DNA of 64,000 bases from Prevotella sp. (GCA_017428055.1 JAFRRN010000002.1:9803-73802); one strand, 5' to 3'; numbered from the stretch's first letter, positions 17,491 to 26,207 are shown. Numbers and translations: made by a program. Notes: generated by a model from the sequence alone, not told the origin.

Positions 17491-17945
17491 AACGTTCTAT
17501 TTTTTTGTTTATATCATATTTCTTTTCGTTGGTTATTCAGGCAAATGTTGGGAACTTTGTCAGAAAGGAAGGTATCCTCTATCAGATTCAAGACGGTAGA
17601 GAGGTGAGGATTAACGAGCGTATAATAACCGTTAAGTTTAAAAACGAAAAATCAGTTTTGCCAAATGATTTTGTTGTCATTAGGAAAAATCAACTTGGTT
17701 ATATAGACTTGTCTGTTCTTGATGATACGGATGTATTAAAATACTATTCAAAACTGAAAGACAGTGGCTTGTTTGAAGTCGTGAATATGAATAATTATGG
17801 TGAAACATGTATGGTGCCAAATGACACTTACATAGGGAGTCAATGGCATTTGAATGCGATTCGCATGTTTGACGCATGGAATATCACAACAGGAAATGCG
17901 AACGTTAAAGTGGCAGTAATTGATACCGAGATTGATTGGCAATAA
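17487..17945 (+). pseudogene. Truncated S8 peptidase (prodomain plus Asp motif only)
   Basis: YIGSQWHLNAIRMFDAWNITTGNANVKVAVIDTEIDWQ-stop resembles the subtilase N-terminus up to the catalytic Asp box (VAVIDTGxD). The His and Ser regions are absent. The ORF ends exactly where composition shifts and the next gene starts. Confidence 0.6.
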
Positions 17946-18724
17946 TGAAGAAAACAGCTATAGCCATATTCTTTCTAATGACAGTAGTTTGTCAGGGACA
18001 AGAGACCTACAAGGTATTTTTCTCCGAGGGGAAGACCTGGGTGTATGAACGTTACGAGACACCCACGCTCAATCCCATGAACGTGGGGCGTTACCCGATG
18101 ACCATCAGCGTCAAAGGCGACACTGTCATCGGCGACTGGATATGCAAGAAAGTGTATATGAGTGCCAATGGCTTCACGGAACTATTCTTTTGCGGTTACG
18201 ATGAGCAAGGGAAAGTCTATCGGATAGACATTGGGAGCGACACCCCGAGGCTGATATACGACTTCACCCTCCAGCCTGGCGATGCCACCCCGTTGCTGGC
18301 ATACAAGGATGATGACTATGACATCACGATGAACGTGTCACGAATAGACACGGTGGAAGTAAACGGCCAGTACTTCAAGCGCATCCACTTCGTGCGCAAG
18401 GGCGACTGTGTGGAGGTGGAAGACTTCTTGGAGGAGAAATGGGTGGAGGGCATCGGCAACGACAATGGCTTGTTTACCCCGTATTGTGTACCGGCATCGA
18501 TGCCGTATGCCTTCAATATAGAGTTCAAGTATTGCGAAGATAGAGACGGCAATGAGCTTTTCTCTGTCTACGACTTCACCAAGAATGCCGTGATGGATGT
18601 CTCTCCTGTTGCTCGGGCAATTGTTCCCGATGGCACGGTTTACGACATACAAGGTCGCAGGGTACAGGCCCCACAGCGTGGCGGACTATATGTCAAGGGC
18701 GGCAAGAAGTTTATCTATCGATAA
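17945..18724 (+). CDS. Secreted protein of unknown function with short T9SS CTD (paralog of 14809-15588)
   Basis: MKKTAIAIFFLMTVVCQGQE signal. SEGKTWVYE and WVEGIGN motifs. C-terminus VYDIQGRRVQAPQRGGLYVKGGKKFIYR. Confidence 0.8.
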   Translation: MKKTAIAIFFLMTVVCQGQETYKVFFSEGKTWVYERYETPTLNPMNVGRYPMTISVKGDTVIGDWICKKVYMSANGFTELFFCGYDEQGKVYRIDIGSDTPRLIYDFTLQPGDATPLLAYKDDDYDITMNVSRIDTVEVNGQYFKRIHFVRKGDCVEVEDFLEEKWVEGIGNDNGLFTPYCVPASMPYAFNIEFKYCEDRDGNELFSVYDFTKNAVMDVSPVARAIVPDGTVYDIQGRRVQAPQRGGLYVKGGKKFIYR

Positions 18725-18827
18725 TGTTATGATGTTTCTTGTATCACGGGAACTATTTTTGCAAATACATAATAGGTGTATTATTACAATAGGCACAAGT
18801 TTGATAAAGGATATTATACATAAAGTC

Positions 18828-18990
18828 ATGAAAAGAGGTTTGTTTATATATATATATGTCCGTCAAGCATGTAACGAAAGATGAGTCCCAAGTTTCAGGC
18901 AAGAGGTATGACTTGTCCGGGCGGAGGATAGGAAGTGCGAGGAAAGGGCAGGTCATGATAAGCGACGGAAAAAAGGTGGTCTCCCCTTGA
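18828..18990 (+). pseudogene. Collapsed T9SS cargo gene: start codon region plus out-of-frame CTD tail
   Basis: -7 box tatttttg at 18754-18761. ATG 18828 gives MKRGLFIYIY..., followed by a (TA)6 run at 18845-18856. The +1 frame then reads ...KRYDLSGRRIGSARKGQVMISDGKKVVSP-stop, a typical short T9SS CTD end. Confidence 0.55.
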
Positions 18991-19040
18991 ACATATAGAT
19001 TGGTTTGCTTACCCTGCATTGTGTCCCATGGCAATGGGTT

Positions 19041-19300
19041 TTGTCAATATTTTATCACAAAAAGAGCCTTCGTGGCTGCGTTATTTGCCACCAACCTCTA
19101 TCTTGGGCGTATTTATGCCCGTTTTTGGCGTTTTCATAACATGTTGAATGCCAACATCTTGCGTTTTATGGTCGTCATTTGCTGACCGTAAATGCGGCAT
19201 TTTAACATATTTTGGGCGGCATCCGTCGGCGATAGATGCCGCATCCGCTACCGATAACCCATACATCTACGGGTCACGGATGCCACACAAAAAATGTTAA
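19041..19300 (+). repeat. Intergenic repeat element copy 1 (~160-nt module plus palindromic GC-rich core flanked by TTAACAT...ATGTTAA)
   Basis: 19041-19200 aligns by eye with the reverse complement of 60415-60566 (ttgtcaat..tttatcacaaaa...cgtgg.tgcgttatttgc...ggcattttaac). 19202-19213 ttaacatatttt and 19289-19300 aaaaaatgttaa are inverted repeats enclosing ggcggcatccg...cggatgcc palindromes. Confidence 0.7.
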
Positions 19301-19464
19301 ACCGCTATTTCTGTCCCAATTATCCGCATAATCCGGTATTTTCGGATATTCTATCCGCTCAAAATTTCCTATTTCGCACTTTTTCCCGAGTGTCGTTTTG
19401 TCAACATCTTTCATCGGGATTTACGAGGTTACGGACATAAGTACACCTTCAGCCATCGCTAATG

Positions 19465-19540
19465 GATGGTGATGGTATCGCTGCTGGTGCAGGCAAGAAT
19501 GAAAAGATGAAACCGAGCAGGAAGGAAATGGTGCGCAACA
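19465..19540 (-). pseudogene. Fragment duplicating the 5' end of the CapA-family gene
   Basis: 19465-19540 matches 26116-26192 (about 88 percent by eye, with a 1-nt indel). It encodes LLRTISFLLGFIFSF... versus MLRSASLLLGFIFSSLSVQAADTITI of CapA, and is frameshifted and truncated. Confidence 0.65.
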
Positions 19541-19771
19541 AATTTTGGTCATGTTTTTATCCCGATTTCGTAAAAAACATCGTCAGTATGTAACTTTTCC
19601 GCTAAAACTTACCATGTTTTATTCAGTTTTTTGTATATTTACACCCAAATTATGACTAACGTAAGAAATAGGCAATGAGTGAGATGTTGCCATTACAAAC
19701 TACTCTCACAAAGAACTTATACGAATTTTATCTTTTAATACCTATTTATTAAACAAACCTAACAAAAAACA

Positions 19772-22700
19772 ATGATGAAAGACATTGGAAAAATGTGTGC
19801 TGTGAATCGCGGTGCGGGTGTGCGGCGATTCCTGCTTCTCTTGTTGCTTGCCGTCTGTTCGACCTACGGCTGGGCACAAGGGACGGTGAGTGGAAAAGTA
19901 GTGGACGCTACTGGTGAACCTGTCATTGGTGCAAGTGTCATGGTGAAAGGCACCTCGACGGGTGCGGTTACCGATATTGACGGTAATTTCTCTATCCCGA
20001 ATGCTCCCAAGAATGGGAATCTTGAAATCTCGTATATCGGCTTCAAGACACAGACCATCCCCGTGGGAGGCAAGAGTTCTATCAACGTGACCCTGCAAGA
20101 AGACCGCCAGATGCTTGACGATGTGGTGGTCGTAGGTTACGGTGTGCAGAAGAAGAGCGACGTGACGGGCGCCATGGCAAGCGTCAGCACGGAGGAGCTG
20201 AATGCCCGCCCGGTCAATAATGCCTTGGAGGCGTTGCAGGGCAAGGCCGCCGGTGTGGACATCACCACCAACGAGCGTCCTGGCCAGTTGGGTAGCATCC
20301 TGATTCGTGGCCAGCGTTCCATCGGTGCCAGCAATGCTCCCCTTTATGTCGTTGACGGCGTGCCCCTGATGTCGGCTTCCGCCATTGAGACGTTGAACCC
20401 CCGCGACATCGAGACCATCGACATCTTGAAGGACGCCTCCGCTACGGCTATCTATGGCTCGCGCGGTGCCAATGGCGTGGTGTTGGTGACGACCAAGCAA
20501 GGGCAGACGGGCAAGTTCAGCATCGACTACACGGGAACGTTGACGGTGTCGAACATCGTTGACCGCTCGCCTTCGATGAGTGCTCAAGACTATATCAATT
20601 ACCGTCGCTGGGCTGCTTATAACCTGGATCCATCGGTTTATGCCCACCCCGACTCTCCTACGTATGAGAATGACAAGGTCATATTCGACAGTGCCCTCGA
20701 CGGACAAACGTCTCGCGACAATGTGCTGAAGGGCTGGGAAGGTGGCAGTTGGGATCCCTCCAAGGTGACCAATACCGACTGGACGGACTATGTCACGCAG
20801 ACCGCCGTCTCGCATGAGCACACCTTGGCTGTGAGCGGCGGCTCGGACATGATGAACGCATACGCCTCCTTTGGCTATCTCTCTAACAAGGGAACACAGA
20901 AAGGACAATGGTACGACCGCTATACCGGCAAGATTAGCGTGAACATCAAGCCTACTAAATGGTTCTCCATCCAAGCATCCATCAACGGCTCTTGGCAGGA
21001 GCAGGACTATGGTATGTCAACGCTCGGCGGACGCTCTGGCTCTGTGCCCGATGCCATCTATGGCACGGCGAAGACCATTTACAACATGGCCGTTCCTTAC
21101 GATGCCAACGGAAATGTCGTCATCAACCCAGGTGGCGAGACAGGTATCTATACCATTATGGAAGAGTGGAACCACTCTACACAGCAGTCGCAGACCTTCC
21201 GTGCCCTTGGAAACTTTGCCGCCACGGTGGACTTCGGCGAGATCTACAGTCCATTACAGGGACTCCGCTACAAGATCAACTTCGGTCCCGACTACCGCAA
21301 CTGGCGCGAGGGTGTCTATATTGACGGGTTCTCTGCCCACAAGATCAATGCCGATGGTTCAGAGGGTATGAACTATGCCCGTTTGAACAACCGCCGCGAC
21401 TTCTCTTGGACGCTTGACAACATGATCATGTTCGACCGCACGTTTGCCGAGAAACATAAGGTAGGTGTTACTCTGTTGCAGACCGCTTCGAAGTGGAATA
21501 CCGAGACATCGGGTATGTCTGCACAGAACATCGCCAAGGATTCCTATCTGTGGAATGCCTTCAACACGGTGGACGTGACCAATTCCGACAATAAGGTGTC
21601 TATCTCATCGGGCTTGACAGAGCGTCAGCTTGAGTCATATATGGTTCGTCTGAACTATGGGTTCAACGAGCGTTATCTCTTGACCGTCAGCGGACGTTGG
21701 GACGGCGCATCGCAGTTGGCAGAAGGACACAAGTGGGACTTCTTCCCATCGGCAGCATTAGCTTGGCGCATTGGTGAGGAAGACTTCATCAAGAACATCA
21801 ATTGGATCAGTAACCTGAAACTTCGCCTTGGCGTTGGCGTGACGGGTAACTCCGCAGTGGATCCCTATAGCACCAAGGGTGACATCACCAGTATCTACCT
21901 ACCTTTCAACGGTATGGAAAACGTATTGGGCTACACCACCAACGAGCCTTACTATACCGCCAACCAACTGACAATGGCCAATCCCGAATTAGGATGGGAG
22001 AAGACCACCCAATGGAACTTCGGTATTGACTATGGCTTCTTGAACAGCCGCATCTTCGGTAGCTTGGACTTTTACTGGTCACGCACCAACGACCTGATCA
22101 TGGCAACGACCATCCCGACGCTGACGGGATTCCCCAGCACAATGTCTAATGTGGGTAAGAGCAAGAACCACGGTATCGAGTTCACGCTGAACGCAATCCC
22201 CGTGCAGACCAAGGACTTCCAATGGTTGACCGACTTCAACATTGCTTACCAAAAGGATGAAATCGTCGAATTGGCATACGGTAAGAACGACATGCCCGAC
22301 AACAGCCTGTTCATCGGCGAGGCAATCTCCGTCTTCTATGGTTACGACAATGAAGGCATCTGGCAGGAGAGTGACGCAGCCGAGATGGCAAAATGGAATG
22401 CCAACGGCTATAACTTCACTGCTGGTAATGTGAGGCCAAAAGACCAGAATGGCGACTACAAGATGGATGCTGACGACCGCGTGGTATTGGGTCGCAAGAA
22501 TCCAAGCACGACACTGGGATGGAACAACACCTTCTCTTGGAAGGGCTTGGAACTGGGTATCCAGATGTTTGGCCGCTTGGGATATATGTTCTCTACTGGT
22601 GGCGAGGCCATGACCGCCCATGCCAACCAGCGCGAGGTTGACTATTGGACCCCGAACAACACCGGCGCAGAGTATCAGAAACCAATCCTCGGACAGGCCA

Positions 22701-22954
22701 CCTCTGGTTCTCTCGACCAATTCTCCAGTTTGCTGGGCTTCCAAAAGGCATCATTCATCAAGGTTCGTAACATCTCTTTGGGTTACAACTTCCCGAAGAA
22801 TATGATTTATCGTACTGGTTTGACACACTTGAAGGCATACGCCCAAGTGGTTAATCCGTTCAGCTTGAAACAGTCGATCAATGGTTATGACCTTGACACC
22901 GGCAAGACCATTTTCAACCGCAGTTTCGTCTTTGGTCTGGAAATTGGATTCTAA
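19772..22954 (+). CDS. SusC/RagA-family TonB-dependent outer membrane transporter
   Basis: Carboxypeptidase-regulatory-like N-domain GTVSGKVVDATGEPVIGASVMVKGTSTGAVTDIDGNFSI. Plug region DDVVVVGYGVQKKSDVTGA...GAAGVDIT. ~1060 aa, terminal ...FVFGLEIGF, immediately followed by a SusD-like gene. Confidence 0.95.
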   Translation: MMKDIGKMCAVNRGAGVRRFLLLLLLAVCSTYGWAQGTVSGKVVDATGEPVIGASVMVKGTSTGAVTDIDGNFSIPNAPKNGNLEISYIGFKTQTIPVGGKSSINVTLQEDRQMLDDVVVVGYGVQKKSDVTGAMASVSTEELNARPVNNALEALQGKAAGVDITTNERPGQLGSILIRGQRSIGASNAPLYVVDGVPLMSASAIETLNPRDIETIDILKDASATAIYGSRGANGVVLVTTKQGQTGKFSIDYTGTLTVSNIVDRSPSMSAQDYINYRRWAAYNLDPSVYAHPDSPTYENDKVIFDSALDGQTSRDNVLKGWEGGSWDPSKVTNTDWTDYVTQTAVSHEHTLAVSGGSDMMNAYASFGYLSNKGTQKGQWYDRYTGKISVNIKPTKWFSIQASINGSWQEQDYGMSTLGGRSGSVPDAIYGTAKTIYNMAVPYDANGNVVINPGGETGIYTIMEEWNHSTQQSQTFRALGNFAATVDFGEIYSPLQGLRYKINFGPDYRNWREGVYIDGFSAHKINADGSEGMNYARLNNRRDFSWTLDNMIMFDRTFAEKHKVGVTLLQTASKWNTETSGMSAQNIAKDSYLWNAFNTVDVTNSDNKVSISSGLTERQLESYMVRLNYGFNERYLLTVSGRWDGASQLAEGHKWDFFPSAALAWRIGEEDFIKNINWISNLKLRLGVGVTGNSAVDPYSTKGDITSIYLPFNGMENVLGYTTNEPYYTANQLTMANPELGWEKTTQWNFGIDYGFLNSRIFGSLDFYWSRTNDLIMATTIPTLTGFPSTMSNVGKSKNHGIEFTLNAIPVQTKDFQWLTDFNIAYQKDEIVELAYGKNDMPDNSLFIGEAISVFYGYDNEGIWQESDAAEMAKWNANGYNFTAGNVRPKDQNGDYKMDADDRVVLGRKNPSTTLGWNNTFSWKGLELGIQMFGRLGYMFSTGGEAMTAHANQREVDYWTPNNTGAEYQKPILGQATSGSLDQFSSLLGFQKASFIKVRNISLGYNFPKNMIYRTGLTHLKAYAQVVNPFSLKQSINGYDLDTGKTIFNRSFVFGLEIGF

Positions 22955-23071
22955 TGGTTTTAAACAGAGTATAATTATAAACAAGGTAAAAAGGTGAAAA
23001 AGTGAAAAGGTAAAAAGACAGACTCGTTGTTTTATATTTTTAAGCTTTTTAATTTTTAAACTTTATAAGAA

Positions 23072-25183
23072 ATGAGTAAGATTATGAAAATAAAGAAATA
23101 TATGATCGGTGGTCTTCTTGCCACAACCATGCTGGCTGGAATGACTTCTTGCTCGAGCGACTTCCTTGACGAGGAACTGACCACCAAATACTCCACGCAG
23201 TATTTCGAGACCTCCGAGGGGCTTGAGGCCTTGGCGGTGTCGCTCTATGGAAATATCCGTTGGCACTTCGGCTACGAGTGGGCATACGGCATCACCCTCT
23301 ATGGCACGGACGAGTTTACGAACGCCAACGACCTGACCAGTGAGTGCTGGAACACTTACGACAACCGCTTTGGCCCTGTCGCCTGTACTCCCGCCACGGG
23401 TGCCGCCAACAAGAACTGCCCCGCCCCCGAGGCTCTTTGGGACCAGCTCTATTATGGCATCGCTTCTTGCAACACCATCATCGCCAATGCGGACAAGATT
23501 TCAGACGAGAAGGTACGTAACCGTTGCCTGGCTCATGCCTACTTCCTGCGCGGATATAACTTCTATCGCCTGACGGCACAATATGGTCGTCCTGTTCTTC
23601 AGACATCTCCAGCTCAGGGCGTAGTGCGTAACTTTACCCAAGCTACGGAGGAAGAAGCATGGGAGCAGACCATCAGCGACCTGCGCCAAGCCTACAACCT
23701 CTTTGAGGGCGAGGTGTTCACTTACGGCAAGGGTATCACGTGGACCAAGGCTACCGCCGCCCACTTCCTGGCCAAGGCTCTTTTGTTCCGTGCATCGGAG
23801 CGTTGTGATGCTTTTAACAGCGGTACGAAAGAGGCAGACTTGCGCGAGGCTATCGAGGCTTGTAACTATGTTATCCAGGCACGCAGCTTGGAAGCCAACT
23901 ACAGCGACTTGTATGCTAACTTCACGGGTATCGACTGTGCCATTGAGGAGTCCAACGAGGTGCTGATGGCTGCTGGCTATAACAACTCCTCGGCAACAAA
24001 GGGGCGTTTCGGCAATCGTACTTATAACTACTTCTGTCCGCAGTTCTCCAACTTTTCCGGCGGTTGGGTGAAACGTGGCGTGTGGATTGGTGACATGGAC
24101 TTCCAGCGTTGCCGCCCCACGGAATACACATACTCCGTGTATGACCATGTGAACGATGCCCGCCTATGGAAGACCTTTAAGACCGTCTTTGGCATCAATG
24201 CCATTCCTAAGGACGGCGAAGGCAAGGGCGTGGCTGTTGGTGACCCAGGTATCGTGATGATCCTGAACACCAAGGATGACCACACATACGATGGATATAC
24301 CTTTGGTGCTTTCGTCCAAGGCCCCACCTTTACAGATGATGCTGGTCGTCTGCCAGAGTGGGATGTTAATGCCCGTCAAACTGCCACAAGCGGTACACTG
24401 ACTTCCAAGGTGGGGCAGTGGGTACCCAATGCCTCCATTCTCTACCAGAACGGTCAGTATGTGGCTCCCAACTTCAAGAGCCAGCCCATCTGTAACTTCT
24501 TTGCCGGCATCAACAAGACTGCCGACGGCACACGTACCGCAGAGAAGGGTGATGCCCAACGCGACGTAACGATGGCTCGCGTGGGTGAGACATATTTGGT
24601 TCGCGCAGAGTGCTATGTCCGTCTGGGCGACTACGAGTCTGCCAAGAGGGACATCAACGTAATCCGCGCCCGCGCCCAGTGGAAGAATGGCGAGAACCGC
24701 TCGTTCTACACCGATGGCTCGCAAGCCTTTGCTAATAATTCCCTCAATACGGGAACCGCCGCTGACAATTATGTGAACTCCAACCTGTGGATGAACACCT
24801 ATTATCTGTCAAATCCCACGCAGCCAGTGACAACCGCAGCATCCACCTTGACCAATTGGGATTGGGACAACCTACCCGCAGAGGATGAGGCTATCCTCGC
24901 CAAATTAGGTGTAAGTGGAAAGCAGCAACGTGCCATCCAGTTCATCCTGAATGAGCGTACACGTGAGTTGATTGGCGAATGGCAACGCTGGGAAACCTTG
25001 TCGCGTACCAAGACATTGGTGGCTCGTGCCAAGGCATTCAACCCGGAGGCCGCTGCCAACGTGCAGGAGCGTCACATCTATCGTCCCATTCCACAGACCT
25101 TCATTGACGGCTTGAAGAACGAGGACGGCTCAGACCTGACCGACGAGCAGAAAGCCGCTTGGCAGAATCCTGGGTATAATTAA
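23072..25183 (+). CDS. SusD/RagB-family nutrient-binding outer membrane lipoprotein (long, 703 aa)
   Basis: Lipobox LAGMTSCSSDFLDE. SusD-type signatures AYFLRGYNFYRL and LNERTRELIGEWQRWETLSRT. Positioned directly downstream of SusC. Confidence 0.9.
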   Translation: MSKIMKIKKYMIGGLLATTMLAGMTSCSSDFLDEELTTKYSTQYFETSEGLEALAVSLYGNIRWHFGYEWAYGITLYGTDEFTNANDLTSECWNTYDNRFGPVACTPATGAANKNCPAPEALWDQLYYGIASCNTIIANADKISDEKVRNRCLAHAYFLRGYNFYRLTAQYGRPVLQTSPAQGVVRNFTQATEEEAWEQTISDLRQAYNLFEGEVFTYGKGITWTKATAAHFLAKALLFRASERCDAFNSGTKEADLREAIEACNYVIQARSLEANYSDLYANFTGIDCAIEESNEVLMAAGYNNSSATKGRFGNRTYNYFCPQFSNFSGGWVKRGVWIGDMDFQRCRPTEYTYSVYDHVNDARLWKTFKTVFGINAIPKDGEGKGVAVGDPGIVMILNTKDDHTYDGYTFGAFVQGPTFTDDAGRLPEWDVNARQTATSGTLTSKVGQWVPNASILYQNGQYVAPNFKSQPICNFFAGINKTADGTRTAEKGDAQRDVTMARVGETYLVRAECYVRLGDYESAKRDINVIRARAQWKNGENRSFYTDGSQAFANNSLNTGTAADNYVNSNLWMNTYYLSNPTQPVTTAASTLTNWDWDNLPAEDEAILAKLGVSGKQQRAIQFILNERTRELIGEWQRWETLSRTKTLVARAKAFNPEAAANVQERHIYRPIPQTFIDGLKNEDGSDLTDEQKAAWQNPGYN

Positions 25184-25215
25184 TGTATATTTTTTAATTT
25201 TTAATGTTTAATTTT

Positions 25216-25252
25216 TAGTGTAGAGTGTTATTTGCATTGACACTCTACACTA
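25216..25252 (+). terminator. Rho-independent terminator candidate between convergent genes
   Basis: tagtgtagagtg / cactctacacta 12-bp perfect stem with a 13-nt loop, followed by aacttttttc. Confidence 0.65.
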
Positions 25253-25302
25253 AACTTTTTTCATTCAACAATAAACATAATACATGTTAGGAGCAATTTT
25301 CA

Positions 25303-26205
25303 TCACTTGAAGACCTCATGTTCAATTACTTTACATTGGATGTCGTCAGCCGTAATGGTGAGCTGCACAATGGCAGCCTTGGCATTGAGGGGTTTGTATT
25401 GGTCGAAGATAAAGTTGCCGATACTATAATAGATGTGGCAATCATGGTATTGCTCCGATGTTTGCAGGGTGTGCGTATGGTGGCATACCAATGCGTTGGC
25501 TCCCGCCATTGCCAATTGCCGCGCTTGTAGGCGTTGCGTGGCGGTGGGGGTGAGTTGGTGTTCCCATCCCCAGTGCATGGACACGATGATGACGGCCGCC
25601 GGCTCATTCGCCCTCAACCGTGCGACACGTGCCGTCAAGGAATCTAAAGGTTCTTGGCTGATGGAGAACTCGTGGGGTAGATAAGCGAAGTTTTCGGGAA
25701 TGAGCCTATTGGATGCGATGAGGTAGATGGGGCGTATGTCATTATCGATGAGTACGGGAGCGGCAGCCTCTTGCATGTCTTTTCCCGCTCCAAAGGGAGT
25801 CATTCCCGCTTGGAGGATGTTATCGTAAGTGTCTTGTAGCCCTCTTCGGCCTTGGTCGATGGAATGGTTGTTGGCGAGGTTAAGATGGGTAAAACCATGT
25901 TTGCGCAAATCCAATAGCCATTCTGGCTCTGCCCGAAAGACGAATTTCTTATAGGCGGGTGCCTTGATTTTGGTGGCAGGACATTCCAAATTGCCTATCA
26001 CATAGTCGGAGGAGCGGAAGAGCGAATCGATAGACGACGAAAAGAGACCATCCATTCCAACGGTCTCAATGCGTTTTCTCACCCCTCGGTCGAGCATGAT
26101 GTCACCTGTAAAGGAGATGGTGATGGTATCTGCTGCTTGTACAGACAAGGATGAAAAGATGAAACCGAGCAGGAGGGAAGCGGAGCGCAACATACTTGTA
26201 TCCAA
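25303..26205 (-). CDS. CapA/PGA_cap-family metallophosphatase-fold protein
   Basis: ISFTGDIMLDRGV, NLECP, NLANNHSIDQG, VSMHWGWEH, VCHHTHTLQ and YSIGNFIFDQ follow the CapA (poly-gamma-glutamate capsule synthesis family) motif order. Confidence 0.85.
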   Translation of the reverse strand: MDTSMLRSASLLLGFIFSSLSVQAADTITISFTGDIMLDRGVRKRIETVGMDGLFSSSIDSLFRSSDYVIGNLECPATKIKAPAYKKFVFRAEPEWLLDLRKHGFTHLNLANNHSIDQGRRGLQDTYDNILQAGMTPFGAGKDMQEAAAPVLIDNDIRPIYLIASNRLIPENFAYLPHEFSISQEPLDSLTARVARLRANEPAAVIIVSMHWGWEHQLTPTATQRLQARQLAMAGANALVCHHTHTLQTSEQYHDCHIYYSIGNFIFDQYKPLNAKAAIVQLTITADDIQCKVIEHEVFK

Positions 26206-26207
26206 CT

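Noticed and set aside
19202-19300. Invertible promoter (inverton) interpretation of the TTAACAT...ATGTTAA-bounded segment. The internal sequence at first seemed flipped between the two copies relative to the flanking module.
   Set aside because: The internal segment is itself quasi-palindromic (ttttgggcggcatccgtc / gacggatgccgcccaaaa arms), so it aligns in both orientations. The unique spacer is only ~35-45 nt, and no recombinase gene is nearby. The element is kept as a finding, but the inversion claim is not supported by the sequence alone.
19742-20974. 410-aa ORF antisense to the SusC gene. Similar long antisense ORFs occur at 2200-2988, 23501-24148, 26307-27029, 40171-41013, 42249-43094 and 60860-61501.
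   Set aside because: These are shadow ORFs inside well-supported genes. They have Arg/His/Gly/Val-rich, low-complexity translations and no recognisable motifs.
22985-23017. Purine-rich tandem units ggtaaaaa ggtgaaaaa gtgaaaa ggtaaaaa between the SusC and SusD genes.
   Set aside because: It is a short low-complexity A-tract sequence in a 117-nt intergenic spacer. There is no palindrome and no second copy, so there is insufficient evidence for a regulatory element.
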